A stretch of 64,000 nt of DNA from Alphaproteobacteria bacterium (GCA_965261975.1 CBDHEC010000056.1:64001-128000); one strand, 5' to 3'; shown: positions 1 to 11,029, counted from the stretch's first letter. Notes: generated by a model from the sequence alone, not told the origin. A program made the numbers and translations.

Positions 1-996
1 TTGCTGATCCATCTGGGCAAGCAGGCCGAGACAGATCCGTCGGTGCTCGACAATCCGGAGAATGAGGAAGAAGAGGCAGCCTATGCCTCGATCAAGCAAC
101 GCCTCGCGGAACAGCCCGGCTGGTACTCGAAAGTTGCAGAGAGCCTCAAGGGTGTGACCGAGGAAACGACCACCGGCGTGCATCGCCTCTATGACATGGC
201 GAAAGCGGGCACGCTTCTGTTCCCGGCGATCAACGTCAATGATTCGGTGACCAAGTCGAAATTCGACAATCTCTATGGCTGCCGCGAGAGCCTGGTCGAC
301 GGCATTCGCCGCGGCACCGATGTGATGATGTCGGGCAAGGTCGCCGTCGTCGCCGGGTATGGCGAAGTGGGCAAGGGGTCTGCCGAATCCCTGCGCAACG
401 CCGGCTGCCGCGTGTTGGTCACCGAGATCGACCCCATCTGCGCCCTGCAGGCCGCGATGGAAGGTTACGAAGTCGTCACGATGGAAGAGGGTGCGGCTGT
501 CGGCGACATCTTCTGCACCGCGACGGGCAATGTGGACGTCATCACCGTCGATCATATGCGGGCGATGAAGGACCGGGCGATCGTGTGCAACATCGGCCAT
601 TTCGATTCCGAGATTCAGGTCGGTGGCCTGCGCAATTTCAAATGGCAGAACATCAAGCCCCAGGTGGACGAGATCGAGTTCCCCGATGGTAAGAAAATGA
701 TCCTGCTGTCGGAGGGCCGCCTGGTAAATCTCGGAAATGCCACGGGCCATCCGAGCTTTGTGATGAGCATGTCCTTTACCAACCAGGTGCTGGCGCAGAT
801 CGAACTGTGGAGCAACAACGGCGACGGCAAGTACGGCAAGGATGTTTATGTCCTGCCCAAGCATCTCGATGAGAAGGTCGCCACCCTGCATCTGGGCAAG
901 GTCGGGGCCAATCTGACCGCACTCACGGACAAGCAATCCGAGTATCTGGGAATTCCGGTCGCCGGCCCCTACAAGCCCGAGGCCTATCGCTACTAG
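1..996 (+). CDS. ahcY: S-adenosylhomocysteine hydrolase (5' part outside the window)
   Basis: [37 protein letters not shown] motif, [19 protein letters not shown]-terminal YRY. Confidence 0.98.
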   Translation: MLIHLGKQAETDPSVLDNPENEEEEAAYASIKQRLAEQPGWYSKVAESLKGVTEETTTGVHRLYDMAKAGTLLFPAINVNDSVTKSKFDNLYGCRESLVDGIRRGTDVMMSGKVAVVAGYGEVGKGSAESLRNAGCRVLVTEIDPICALQAAMEGYEVVTMEEGAAVGDIFCTATGNVDVITVDHMRAMKDRAIVCNIGHFDSEIQVGGLRNFKWQNIKPQVDEIEFPDGKKMILLSEGRLVNLGNATGHPSFVMSMSFTNQVLAQIELWSNNGDGKYGKDVYVLPKHLDEKVATLHLGKVGANLTALTDKQSEYLGIPVAGPYKPEAYRY

Positions 997-1144
997 GGGT
1001 CAGGTTCGACCGGACGCTGGCAGGGGCAGCAAGGAAGCGGTTCAAACCGGGCCGACAAGTCACTAGACTCGGATCGTTCCGCCCGATTCGAGGCGGCCTG
1101 CCGCCTTTGTGGTCGGCTGGTATGACTGTGCGAGACTGCAGCGC

Positions 1145-3496
1145 GTGTCGACACAAATACTGATCTTGATGATTGCCGCGGTTGCGGGCGCGTCCGCCAT
1201 CGTCGGCTATGCGCTCGGCCGGTTTTTCGGCGGCCGCAGATTGCGCGATACCGAGGCATTGGGCGCGCGTCTCGGGGCAACGCTCGCCACCGTCCCCGGC
1301 GGGTTCGTGACCTGGCTCGATGGCGGCGACCCCGCCATCTCGGATGGCCTGGCTGCGATGCTGGACGACGGCTCGGATTTCGACGCGTTTCTGGCGAAAT
1401 TCGGCGATACCGATCGCGAGCAGATCACACGCCGTGTTGAAGGGTTGCGGACACGCGGCGAGGGGTTTTCGCTGACCATGCTGACCATCGATGCCGGCCA
1501 GGCGCTGCGGATCGACGGGCGTCGCGCGCGCCATGCACCCCTCGACGTGTTGTGGGTCGCCGACGTCACCAACGAGACCGCCGTCCAGTCCGATACGGCG
1601 ATTCAGCTGACCGCGGCGCAGGTGGAGCGTGATGGCTACCGCGCGATGCTCGATGCATTGCCGTTCATGGTCTGGCGACGAAGCCGGGACCTGACCCTGG
1701 CACAGGTCAACCGGGCCTATGTCGATGCGATCAGCCCGGGTGCCCGCGAGGACGATACGCGCGCCTCGGAACTGGAGGATCTGGAAGCCAATATCGAGGC
1801 GCAGATTGCAGCCCGCGCGCAATCGACCGGGACACCGCAGTCGGAAAGTCGCCATGTGGTGATCGACGGGGCGCGCCGCCTGCTGGAATTCAACGAGGTA
1901 CCGGCTGATGATTTGGGCGTGATCGGCTACGCCGTGGATTTCACCCAGCTCGAAGAGGTACAGGAAGAATTGTCGAGCCATGTTGCCGCCCAAAGCGACG
2001 TGCTCGAGAACCTCGCCGTCGCGGTCGCGATCTACGGCTCGGACACGCGCCTCAAATTCTACAATAGCGCCTATGCCCGCCTGTGGGACGCCGATCCTGC
2101 CTGGCTCGACAGCGAACCGACCCTCGGCGATGAACTCGAGACGCTGCGTGATCGGCGCCTCGTGTCCGAGGAAGTCGATTTCGGTGCGTTCAAGCAGGAG
2201 CAGGTCGCGCTCTTCACGTCCCTGATTGCGCCGACCGAGACGCTGGTCCATCTGCCGGACGGCAAAACCCTCTTCAAACGCATCACGCCGCATCCGCTGG
2301 GTGGCCTGATGTTTACGTATGAGGATGTGACGGACCGTCTGACGATGGAGGCGCAGTACAACACGTTGATCGAGGTGCAGCGCCGGACACTCGACAATCT
2401 TTACGAAGGTGTCGCACTGGTCGGGCCCGATGGCAGGCTCAAGCTTTGCAACTCGGCCTATAGCCGCATCTGGCAATTCAGCGAGGCCGATCTCGCCGGT
2501 GAGCCGCAAATCTCCGTCCTGGTGGAGAAGGCTCGGCACTATTACGAAGTGGATGACGAGGCGACCTGGGACGAGTTGCGGAAGAAGGTCATCAGTCGCC
2601 TGATGTCCCGCGAACCCGTTTCGGGAAATCTTGACCGCGCCGACGGGACAGTCATCCAGTATACCGGCGTGCCGTTACCGGACGGCATGATGCTGATGAC
2701 CTATATCGACGTGTCGGATTCAAACCGGGTCGAGCGGGCATTGCGGGAACGCAACGAAGCGCTCGAGGAAGCCGACCGGCTGAAGTCGGAATTTGTGGCG
2801 AATGTGTCCTACGAGCTGCGCACCCCGCTGAATACGATTATCGGGTTTGCCGAGGTTCTGGACGGGGACATGTTCGGACCCCTGAACGAGCGCCAGGGCG
2901 AGTATATGGGTGGCATTCTCGAGGCGAGTGAAGCCTTGCTCGAGCTGATCAACGATATCCTCGATCTGGCGACCATCGAAGCCGGGTACATGACCCTCGA
3001 CCGGGGCCAGTTCGATATTCATACGATGATCGCCGGCGTGTTCACGCTCAACCGCGAGCGTGCCCGGGTGAAGGAACAGAAACTGGTTCTCGATTGTGCG
3101 CCGGATATCGGGTCGATGTATGCCGACGAGCGCCGCCTGAAACAGGTGCTGTTCAACCTGGTCAGCAACGCCATCAAGTTCACGCCCGAACGCGGTGTGA
3201 TCACTCTGTCTTCGAAAGTGAATGGCGATGATGTGGAGTTCCGTGTTGCCGATACCGGTGTGGGTATTCATGCCGATGAACGCGAGCGGGTGCTGGAGAA
3301 ATTCGAGCGGGGCAACCGGCCGCGTGGCCGGCAATCGGGTGTTGGTGCCGGCCTCGGGCTGAGCCTCGTGAAGAGCTTCGTTGAATTGCATGGCGGCGAT
3401 GTTGAGATCGAATCCGAGCCCGATAAGGGCACGGCCATTGTCTGCCGCTTGCCCCGCCGCGCGGTTGCCGCACAAACCGAGGAAGACGCGGTATGA
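1145..3496 (+). CDS. divL: DivL-like PAS-domain pseudo histidine kinase
   Basis: N-terminal TM helix, several PAS-like segments, H-box FVANVSYELRTPL with Tyr in place of His, HATPase boxes (NLVSNAIKFT, DTGVG, GAGLGL); lies between ahcY and tsaE. Start uncertain (GTG 1145 or ATG 1169). Confidence 0.85.
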   Translation: MSTQILILMIAAVAGASAIVGYALGRFFGGRRLRDTEALGARLGATLATVPGGFVTWLDGGDPAISDGLAAMLDDGSDFDAFLAKFGDTDREQITRRVEGLRTRGEGFSLTMLTIDAGQALRIDGRRARHAPLDVLWVADVTNETAVQSDTAIQLTAAQVERDGYRAMLDALPFMVWRRSRDLTLAQVNRAYVDAISPGAREDDTRASELEDLEANIEAQIAARAQSTGTPQSESRHVVIDGARRLLEFNEVPADDLGVIGYAVDFTQLEEVQEELSSHVAAQSDVLENLAVAVAIYGSDTRLKFYNSAYARLWDADPAWLDSEPTLGDELETLRDRRLVSEEVDFGAFKQEQVALFTSLIAPTETLVHLPDGKTLFKRITPHPLGGLMFTYEDVTDRLTMEAQYNTLIEVQRRTLDNLYEGVALVGPDGRLKLCNSAYSRIWQFSEADLAGEPQISVLVEKARHYYEVDDEATWDELRKKVISRLMSREPVSGNLDRADGTVIQYTGVPLPDGMMLMTYIDVSDSNRVERALRERNEALEEADRLKSEFVANVSYELRTPLNTIIGFAEVLDGDMFGPLNERQGEYMGGILEASEALLELINDILDLATIEAGYMTLDRGQFDIHTMIAGVFTLNRERARVKEQKLVLDCAPDIGSMYADERRLKQVLFNLVSNAIKFTPERGVITLSSKVNGDDVEFRVADTGVGIHADERERVLEKFERGNRPRGRQSGVGAGLGLSLVKSFVELHGGDVEIESEPDKGTAIVCRLPRRAVAAQTEEDAV

Positions 3497-4002
3497 CCGC
3501 GCGGGGATCGGCGGTTGAGCCGAACCGGACGTCCGCGGCGCGATATACGAGGCGCATCGATCTGCCGGACGCCGGTGCGACTGCAGCATTGGGGGTGGCG
3601 CTCGCGCCCTATCTGCGACCGGGCGATCTGTTGGCGTTGGCCGGCGATCTCGGCGCCGGCAAGACCACGCTGGCGCGGGGCGTGATCGGCGCGATGGGGC
3701 ATCGTGGAACGGTGCCGAGCCCGACCTTCACGCTCGTGCAGCACTACGAAACCGACCCGGTGCCGGTCTGGCACTTTGACCTGTACCGCATCGGCCACCC
3801 CGATGAGGTGATCGAGCTCGGCTATGATGAAGCCAGGGCAGATGGGGTCGTCCTGCTGGAATGGGCGGAACGCCTGGGGACGGAACTGCCGGCGACGCGG
3901 CTGGATATCGATCTCGAATATGTGGAGTCGGGCAGATCGCGGGTGGCCCACCTGTCGGGCCTGCAGGTATGGGCGGACCGGCTGCAAGATCTGAAACCAT
4001 GA
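3493..4002 (+). CDS. tsaE: tRNA t6A37 biosynthesis ATPase TsaE
   Basis: GDLGAGKTT P-loop, VPSPTFTLVQHY, HFDLYR, EWAE. Confidence 0.97.
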   Translation: MTARGSAVEPNRTSAARYTRRIDLPDAGATAALGVALAPYLRPGDLLALAGDLGAGKTTLARGVIGAMGHRGTVPSPTFTLVQHYETDPVPVWHFDLYRIGHPDEVIELGYDEARADGVVLLEWAERLGTELPATRLDIDLEYVESGRSRVAHLSGLQVWADRLQDLKP

Positions 4003-7000
4003 CCTCATCCGCGCGCGAATCCGGTGCGCTCCCCGCGCCGGGCCTCTATTCGATCGCGGCACACCGTCCGTTCCTTTCGGAACTGGCAATCGGAATTCTT
4101 TCCGCCTCCAGTGGCGATGAAGACCCCCTGGCGCTTGCGCGGACAACGGTGTTGCTGCCGACCCGACGCGCGTGCCGCGCGATGCAGGATGTGTTTCTCC
4201 GGCTGACCGATGGCGCCCCGCTGGTCCTGCCGCGGTTGATTCCGATCGGCGATATCGATGAAGACGAGATGCTGCTGACCGGTGAGCCGGCCGCGTTGCT
4301 GGGGGTCGGTGGCGAGGTGCCGCCGGCGGTGCCGGAACTGCGCCGGCGCGTGTTGCTGGCGCGGCTGCTGATGGCGCGCCCGATTGGGCGCACGCAAAAC
4401 CTGCCGGTCGATCATGCGATGGAACTGGCGGGTGAACTTGGACGCCTGCTGGACCAGGTTCAGACCGAGCGGCTCGATTTCGGCGCCCTGGAGAATCTGG
4501 TGCCCGATGCCTATGCCGCGCATTGGCAGGAAACCCTTGGCTTTTTGAAGATTCTGACCGAGACATGGCCGGCCGTGCTGGACGGCGAGGGGGCGATCGA
4601 CCCGGCGGAGCGGCGTAACCGCCTGCTGCAGGCACGTGGCGAGGCGTGGCGCCGGGACCCGCCGCGCGATCCGGTGATCGCCGCCGGCAGCACGGGCAGC
4701 ATCCCCGCGACCGCGGATCTGCTGGCGACGGTCGCGGGGTTGCCGTCTGGTTATGTCGTGCTGCCCGGGCTCGACCGCGTTCTCGATGCGGACTCTTGGG
4801 CCAATCTCGATTCCGGCCACCCGCAATTCGGCCTGCGGCAATTGCTGCAGCGTCTGGAGATGGATCGCATGGCTGTCGGCGAGTGGCCGGCTGCCACGGA
4901 TGTGCGCGGCAACGGGCCCGCGCGCGAACGGCTTATCGGCGAGGCGCTGCGTCCCGCGGCCACGACCCAGGCATGGCGCGAAGAGCGCGGCAATATCGGT
5001 GCGGATGCCTTGCAGGGGGTCGTGCAGATCGAGGCGCAGGAGCCGCATGAAGAAGCCGGTCTCATCGCACTGGTATTGCGCGAGGTGTTGGAGCATGACG
5101 GCCGTACGGCGGCGTTGATCACGCCGGACCGGGATCTCGCGCGGCGGGTGGCATCGATCATGGGTCGCTGGAGTGTCGATATTGATGACAGCGCGGGCAC
5201 GCCGCTGGCCGAGACGCCGCCGGGGATTTTCCTCCGGCTTGCGATCCGGGCGTTGCATGATGGCGTGGCGCCGATCCCGCTTCTGTCGATTCTCAAACAC
5301 CCGCTCGCGGCCGGTGGCCGCGCCCCGGCATCGTTCCGGGCCTCGGCCCGGGGGCTGGAACGGCTGGTCTTGCGCGGCCCGCGCCCGGCAAGCGGCTTTG
5401 CGGGGTTGCGCGCCGCGGCGCAAGCGCGCCACGAACAGGCTCTCGACCGCGCGGCGGAAGGCTTGTCGGGGCGCGACAATGCCGAAGCGCAAGATTATGG
5501 CGATGTGCTGTCCCTGATCGACCGGATTGCCGAGTTCGGGGCACCGATTACAGAGTTGCAGCAGAACTCGACGGTGATGTTGCCGGACTATGTGAGAGCC
5601 CATATCGCGTTCTGCGAGGCACTGGCCGCGAGCGACGAGATGCCCGGGGCGGCGCGCCTGTGGGCCGGTGATGCCGGGGAAGCCCTCGCGACATTCGTTT
5701 CGGAATTACTGGAGGCGGGCGACAGCCTTGGGCCGGTGCCGCCGGCACGATATCCCGCGCTGCTCGATTCACTTCTGGCCGGGCGTATGGTGCGGCCACG
5801 CTATGGGGCGCATCCGCGCCTGGCGATACTCGGCCCCCTGGAGGCGCGGCTTCAGCATTTCGATGTGACCATCCTGGGCAGCCTGAATGAGGGCAGCTGG
5901 CCGCCCGATCCGTCTGTCGATCCCTGGATGGGTCGCACGATGCGGGCGGATTTCGGGTTGCCGTCGCCCGAACGACGGATCGGGCTGAGCGCGCATGATT
6001 TTGCCCAGGCGTTCTGCGCGGGAGAAGTTGTCCTGACCCGCTCGGTGCGCGTGGACGGCGCGCCGAGCATGCCATCGCGCTGGTTGACCCGGCTCGGCGT
6101 GGCGACGCGGGCCCTGGACCTGCAGCCCGACCCCGACGCCGAGACCCGCGCGCGTGCCTACCGCGACTGGTGGCAGGAACTCGATGGACCGGGCGATGAA
6201 TCCGAGCCGGAATCAAGGCCCACGGTCCGCCCGCGCCCGTCGCCGCCCGTGGCCGCGCGCCCGCGCCGATTGTCCGTGACGCAGATCGAGACCTGGATGC
6301 GCGACCCGTATGCCATCTACGCGCGTGAGATTCTCAAGCTTCGCGCGTTGCCGCCGCTCGATCAGAATGCCGACGCGGCGATCTATGGCTCCCTGATTCA
6401 CGACATCCTGGATGGGTTCCTGGCTGAGTTACCGCCGGGCCCGTTGCCGGCCGATGCGGGCACCCGGTTGCACGCGCATGGTGCGTCGGCCCTCGCGCCC
6501 TATCGCAGTGTCCCGGCGGTCTGGACATTCTGGTGGCCGCGATTCCAGCGTATTGCCGACTGGGTACTGTCGGTCGAGGCCGGGCGCCGGGCGCGCCTCG
6601 AGGCGACCCATATGGAGGTCGCAGGTGCCATAGAATTTGACGCGCCGGGCGGCCGGTTCCGGTTGACGGCGCGCGCCGATCGCATCGACGAGCTGGTCGG
6701 CGGCGTGATCGCCGTGATCGATTTCAAGACCGGGGCGCCGCCGACCAAACGCGAGGTGCAGGCGGGATTCGCGCCGCAATTGCCTCTGGAGGCGGCAATG
6801 GTCGCCGAGGGTGGTTTCGCGGGTGTTCCGGCCAAACCGGTCGAGGAGCTGGCCTTCTGGCGCCTGTCGGGCGGGCGCGATCCGGGGCAGGTGCGCGATG
6901 CGGCCGATGACCCGGCGCAGGTCGCTGCCGAGGCCCTGGTCGGTGTAAAGGCGCTGGTGGCGCGGTTTGACGACCCGGCCACGGCCTATGAGGCGCGGCC

Positions 7001-7085
7001 GCGCCCCGATCACGCGCCCGCGTATTCCGACTATGAGCATCTGGCGCGGGTCAAGGAGTGGGCGAGCGGGGAGGGAGACATATGA
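3999..7085 (+). CDS. addB: Double-strand break repair protein AddB
   Basis: LPTRRACR, AAGSTGSIPATA, LSVTQIETWMRDPYAIYA, C-terminal PD-(D/E)xK nuclease (ADRID...IDFKTG). ATG at 3999 overlaps the tsaE stop (ATGA). Confidence 0.96.
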   Translation: MTSSARESGALPAPGLYSIAAHRPFLSELAIGILSASSGDEDPLALARTTVLLPTRRACRAMQDVFLRLTDGAPLVLPRLIPIGDIDEDEMLLTGEPAALLGVGGEVPPAVPELRRRVLLARLLMARPIGRTQNLPVDHAMELAGELGRLLDQVQTERLDFGALENLVPDAYAAHWQETLGFLKILTETWPAVLDGEGAIDPAERRNRLLQARGEAWRRDPPRDPVIAAGSTGSIPATADLLATVAGLPSGYVVLPGLDRVLDADSWANLDSGHPQFGLRQLLQRLEMDRMAVGEWPAATDVRGNGPARERLIGEALRPAATTQAWREERGNIGADALQGVVQIEAQEPHEEAGLIALVLREVLEHDGRTAALITPDRDLARRVASIMGRWSVDIDDSAGTPLAETPPGIFLRLAIRALHDGVAPIPLLSILKHPLAAGGRAPASFRASARGLERLVLRGPRPASGFAGLRAAAQARHEQALDRAAEGLSGRDNAEAQDYGDVLSLIDRIAEFGAPITELQQNSTVMLPDYVRAHIAFCEALAASDEMPGAARLWAGDAGEALATFVSELLEAGDSLGPVPPARYPALLDSLLAGRMVRPRYGAHPRLAILGPLEARLQHFDVTILGSLNEGSWPPDPSVDPWMGRTMRADFGLPSPERRIGLSAHDFAQAFCAGEVVLTRSVRVDGAPSMPSRWLTRLGVATRALDLQPDPDAETRARAYRDWWQELDGPGDESEPESRPTVRPRPSPPVAARPRRLSVTQIETWMRDPYAIYAREILKLRALPPLDQNADAAIYGSLIHDILDGFLAELPPGPLPADAGTRLHAHGASALAPYRSVPAVWTFWWPRFQRIADWVLSVEAGRRARLEATHMEVAGAIEFDAPGGRFRLTARADRIDELVGGVIAVIDFKTGAPPTKREVQAGFAPQLPLEAAMVAEGGFAGVPAKPVEELAFWRLSGGRDPGQVRDAADDPAQVAAEALVGVKALVARFDDPATAYEARPRPDHAPAYSDYEHLARVKEWASGEGDI

Positions 7086-10000
7086 GCCTCACCGATTTCG
7101 ATCCCGATCTGCTTGACCGGGTCAGCATGCGGCAACGCGACGGTGCGGATGCCGGAGTGAGTGCCTGGGTGTCGGCCTCGGCGGGTGCGGGCAAGACCCG
7201 GGTCCTGCGCGACCGTGTTTTGCGGCTACTGCTCGCGGGCGTGGCGCCCCAGCGGGTGCTGTGCCTGACCTTTACGAAGGCAGCCGCGGCGGAAATGGCG
7301 CGGCGGATCAATGCCGAGCTGGGCGATTGGGCGGTTCTGGACGACGGCGCGCTTCACGCGCGGCTATCGGAGTTGCTCGGTGCCGATCCGCCTGACGACG
7401 CGGCCCGCCGGGCCCGTCAGTTGTTCGCGCGCGTGCTCGAGGCGCCGGGCGGCATGAAGATCATGACCATCCATGCCTTCTGCCAGTCGGTATTGCGCCG
7501 GTTTCCGCTCGAGGCGGGCGTGGTGCCTCATTTTCAGGTCATGGAGGAGCGTGACGCCGGCGAGTTGCTGGAAGATGCGAAGGCAGAGTTGCTGGCCAGC
7601 GCGCATATGGACGATGGCGATCTGGGCATGTCGGTCGCCAATGTGGCCGGGCGGGTACACGAGATGCGCTTCCCCGATCTCCTCAACGAGATATCCCGCG
7701 CCCGGGCGCCGTTCGCCGATATGCTGCAGAACTTCGGCGGCCTCGACGGTGTTCGCGCGCGGATCGCCGGAACCCTCGACGTGGCACCGGACACCGACCC
7801 GGCGGTGGTTCTCGAAAGTGCATGTGCGGACAGCGCGTTCGACGGTGCCTCTCTGCGCCACGCGGTGGAGACCCTGGCCGGGGGGTCTTCGGGCGACAGC
7901 AAGCGCGCCGCCCTCATAGGTGACTGGCTCTCGGGAGATGCCGAGGCGCGTGGCGAAAGCTTCGATGCCTATGCGCTGGCTTATCTCACGCAGCAGGGAG
8001 AGCCCCGCAAGCAGCTCGCGACCAAGGCGATCCGGGAAAAGCATCCCGATGTAGATGCGGCGTTGCAGGCCGAGGGCGAGCGCCTGTTGGCGGTACGCGA
8101 ACTGCTGCGGAAAGCCGATCTGTACCAGGCGAACAGCGCCCTGATCCGGCTCGCGGCAGAGCTCGTGGCGCGCTACGAAGCACGCAAGGCCGCGAGCGGC
8201 CGGCTGGACTATGATGACCTGATCGCGCGCACGCGCAGCTTGTTGCGCGGCGACGGTGCGGCGGCCTGGGTGTTGTTCAAGCTGGACGGCGGCATCGACC
8301 ATGTCCTGATCGACGAGGCGCAGGATACCAACCCGGAACAATGGGACGTCGTGCTGGCCCTGGTGGAGGAGTTTTTCGCCGGGATGGGGGCCGGAGATGA
8401 AGCGGCCGAGGCTGCGGGGCTGCCCGCGCGTAGCGTGTTTGCCGTCGGCGATGCGAAGCAGTCGATCTACAGTTTCCAGGGCGCCGATCCGAGCCGGTTC
8501 GAGGCGGTCCGAAAGTTCCTTGAAGCCCGTGCGACGGATGCCCGACGGGCGTGGAAGAATGTCGCGCTCGATTTCTCGTTCCGTTCGTCTCGTCCCGTTC
8601 TCGAGGCGGTCGACCGGGTCTTTGCGGAACCCCGGGCCGGGGCCGGGGTGGTCGATCCCGATGCGCCGGCCCAACACACGCCGTTGCGGGACAGGGCGGC
8701 GGGCCGCGTCGAGCTCTGGCCACCGCTTGTCGTCGACAAGCTCGACGAACCCGAACCATGGAAGCCACCTGTCGATCCGGTCACGAGGGCCGGTGCGATG
8801 GAGCAGCTGGCCGAGTTGATCGCCACACGCACGGCCGACTGGCTCGCCTCCGACGAGATGCTCGAAAGCCAGGGACGGCCGATCGAGGCCGGTGACATCA
8901 TGGTGTTGGTGCGCCAGCGCGGTGATTTCGTCGAGGCCCTTGTCCGGGCGTTCAAGGCCCGCGGCGTGCCGGTCGCCGGTGTCGACCGAATGATCCTCAG
9001 CGAGCAGATCACGGTCATGGATCTCCTGGCTCTGGGTGCGTTCCTGCTGTTACCCGAGGATGATCTGAACCTAGCGACCTTGCTCAAGAGCCCGCTGATC
9101 GGTTTCGACGAGGATCTTCTGTTCACGCTGGCCCACGACCGGGGCGAGGACAGCCTCTGGCCGACGCTGGCCCGGCGTCGAGACGCGGATTCGCGATTTG
9201 CCGAGGCGCACGACCTGTTGGCCGACTTGCTGGCGCGGGTCGATTTCGAGCGCCCCTATGAGCTTTATGCCGGTGTGCTCGCGCGGGGCGGCCGGGCGCG
9301 GCTGTTTGCGCGCCTCGGACCCGATGCGGCGGACCCGATCGACGAGTTTCTCTCCCTTGCATTGACCTATGAGCGCAGCCACGCCCCGACCTTGCAGGGG
9401 TTCCTGCATTGGGTCGCCGCGGGGCAGGCGGAGATCAAACGCGACCTCGACCAGACCGGTGGCGCGGTGCGGGTGATGACGGTCCATGGCGCCAAGGGAC
9501 TGGAGGCCCCGATCGTGTTCCTGCCCGATACGACGCGCCTGCCGCGCATGCTGCCGAACATTCTCTGGGATGAAGACGATCGGGGGGCGTATTTCCTCTG
9601 GTTGCCCCGGGCCGATGATGCGGATGCCCGAACCCAGTCTCTGCGCGAACGGGTTCGTGCGCGGCGTGATGAAGAATATCGACGGCTTCTCTATGTGGCG
9701 ATGACCCGGGCCGAGGAGCGCCTCTATGTCTGTGGCTGGAACGCACCTGCCGAGGGTTCCTGGTACGACCTCATCCGCCCGGCAATGGCGTCGGTGGCGC
9801 GGGTTGTCGAAGACCCCGTCCTGGCGTCGATCGCGACCGAGGAGACACCGGTTCTTCGGCTGTCCGCACCCCAGCGCGGGGCGGTCGAGCAGGCCGAAAA
9901 TGACGCTCCGCCGCCGACGACAGCACCACCGGTCTGGCTTGGGCAGCCCGCACCACCTGAGCCCGCCCCGCCGCGGCCGCTGGCCCCGTCCAACCCCGGC

Positions 10001-10573
10001 GAGGACCCGCCGGTGCGCGCGCCGGCCGGGCCCGCCGAGGACGGTGCGCGTTTCGTGCGGGGCAATATCCTGCACCGGTTGTTGCAATGGTTGCCGTCGC
10101 TGGCGCCGGACCAGCGCCGCGATTCGGCTCTGCGGTACCTTGCGCGACCCGGGCTGGGTCTCGACCCCGCTGCACAAGCCGCGCTTGCGGGCGAGGTGAT
10201 GGGGGTTCTGGACGCGGGCGATTTTTCCCATTTGTTCGGAGCGGATAGCCTTGCGGAGGTGTCGATTACCGGAACGGCGACCGCGCCGGACGGCACAATC
10301 TTTGTGATCTCCGGGCAAATCGACCGGCTTGTGCTTTCCGACGGGCGGGTTGCGATCGTCGATTACAAGTCGAACCGCCCACCCCCGGCGCACGCAACCG
10401 ATGTAGCCCCGATTTACCTGCGCCAGATGGCGGCTTACCGGCACGTTGTCCGTGAAACCTGGCCCGACCGGGAGGTCGATGCATACCTGCTCTGGACCGA
10501 TGCGCCACGCCTGATGTCGTTGCCGAACGAGGTGCTCGACCCCTTCGCGCCGACGGGTCGCACGCCTGTGTGA
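7082..10573 (+). CDS. addA: Double-strand break repair helicase/nuclease AddA
   Basis: ASAGAGKT, LTFTKAAAAEM, DEAQDT, VGDAKQSIYSFQGA, MTVHGAKGLE, YVAMTRA, C-terminal IDRL...VDYKS. Confidence 0.97.
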   Translation: MSLTDFDPDLLDRVSMRQRDGADAGVSAWVSASAGAGKTRVLRDRVLRLLLAGVAPQRVLCLTFTKAAAAEMARRINAELGDWAVLDDGALHARLSELLGADPPDDAARRARQLFARVLEAPGGMKIMTIHAFCQSVLRRFPLEAGVVPHFQVMEERDAGELLEDAKAELLASAHMDDGDLGMSVANVAGRVHEMRFPDLLNEISRARAPFADMLQNFGGLDGVRARIAGTLDVAPDTDPAVVLESACADSAFDGASLRHAVETLAGGSSGDSKRAALIGDWLSGDAEARGESFDAYALAYLTQQGEPRKQLATKAIREKHPDVDAALQAEGERLLAVRELLRKADLYQANSALIRLAAELVARYEARKAASGRLDYDDLIARTRSLLRGDGAAAWVLFKLDGGIDHVLIDEAQDTNPEQWDVVLALVEEFFAGMGAGDEAAEAAGLPARSVFAVGDAKQSIYSFQGADPSRFEAVRKFLEARATDARRAWKNVALDFSFRSSRPVLEAVDRVFAEPRAGAGVVDPDAPAQHTPLRDRAAGRVELWPPLVVDKLDEPEPWKPPVDPVTRAGAMEQLAELIATRTADWLASDEMLESQGRPIEAGDIMVLVRQRGDFVEALVRAFKARGVPVAGVDRMILSEQITVMDLLALGAFLLLPEDDLNLATLLKSPLIGFDEDLLFTLAHDRGEDSLWPTLARRRDADSRFAEAHDLLADLLARVDFERPYELYAGVLARGGRARLFARLGPDAADPIDEFLSLALTYERSHAPTLQGFLHWVAAGQAEIKRDLDQTGGAVRVMTVHGAKGLEAPIVFLPDTTRLPRMLPNILWDEDDRGAYFLWLPRADDADARTQSLRERVRARRDEEYRRLLYVAMTRAEERLYVCGWNAPAEGSWYDLIRPAMASVARVVEDPVLASIATEETPVLRLSAPQRGAVEQAENDAPPPTTAPPVWLGQPAPPEPAPPRPLAPSNPGEDPPVRAPAGPAEDGARFVRGNILHRLLQWLPSLAPDQRRDSALRYLARPGLGLDPAAQAALAGEVMGVLDAGDFSHLFGADSLAEVSITGTATAPDGTIFVISGQIDRLVLSDGRVAIVDYKSNRPPPAHATDVAPIYLRQMAAYRHVVRETWPDREVDAYLLWTDAPRLMSLPNEVLDPFAPTGRTPV

Positions 10574-10594
10574 TCGCTCGGTGAGGTCCGAATT

Positions 10595-10623
10595 CTTGAC
10601 GACGCATTGATGTGAACCTACCT
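10595..10623 (+). promoter_or_regulatory. Putative trxA promoter (CTTGAC-N17-CTACCT)
   Basis: Resembles alphaproteobacterial RpoD/RpoH consensus; about 65 bp upstream of the trxA ATG. Confidence 0.45.
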
Positions 10624-10687
10624 TCGTTTCCAACGAAAGTTACACAGTGGCGCCTGCCCGCGCCCGGACCGCTGAAAAGGATTGAGC

Positions 10688-11008
10688 ATGCCCTCCAAAC
10701 AAATCACGGATGATTCCTTCGAGACCGATGTACTGCAGTCGGACAAGCCTGTTCTGGTGGATTTCTGGGCCGAATGGTGCGGCCCGTGCAAGCAGATCGG
10801 CCCGACCCTCGAAGAGCTCGCCAATGACAAGGATGGCGATGTCGTCGTTGCGAAGCTGAACATCGATGACAACCCGATGACCCCGTCGAAATACGGCGTC
10901 CGCGGCATCCCGACATTGCTGCTGTTCAAGGATGGCCAGGTGGCATCCATGAAGGTCGGCAGCCTGCCCAAGAGCCAGATTTACGATTGGGTTGAATCGG
11001 TCCTCTAG
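10688..11008 (+). CDS. trxA: Thioredoxin
   Basis: [20 protein letters not shown]; follows addA. Confidence 0.97.
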   Translation: MPSKQITDDSFETDVLQSDKPVLVDFWAEWCGPCKQIGPTLEELANDKDGDVVVAKLNIDDNPMTPSKYGVRGIPTLLLFKDGQVASMKVGSLPKSQIYDWVESVL

Positions 11009-11029
11009 ACCATCCCCGATACGACATCG

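Noticed and set aside
923-2539. Long antisense or alternate-frame ORFs (also 4005-5603, 9071-10633, 18290-19885, 22606-23961, 36532-38139, 41775-43217, 43133-44722)
   Set aside because: Shadow ORFs expected in high-GC DNA; each overlaps a well-supported gene and shows no recognisable motif.
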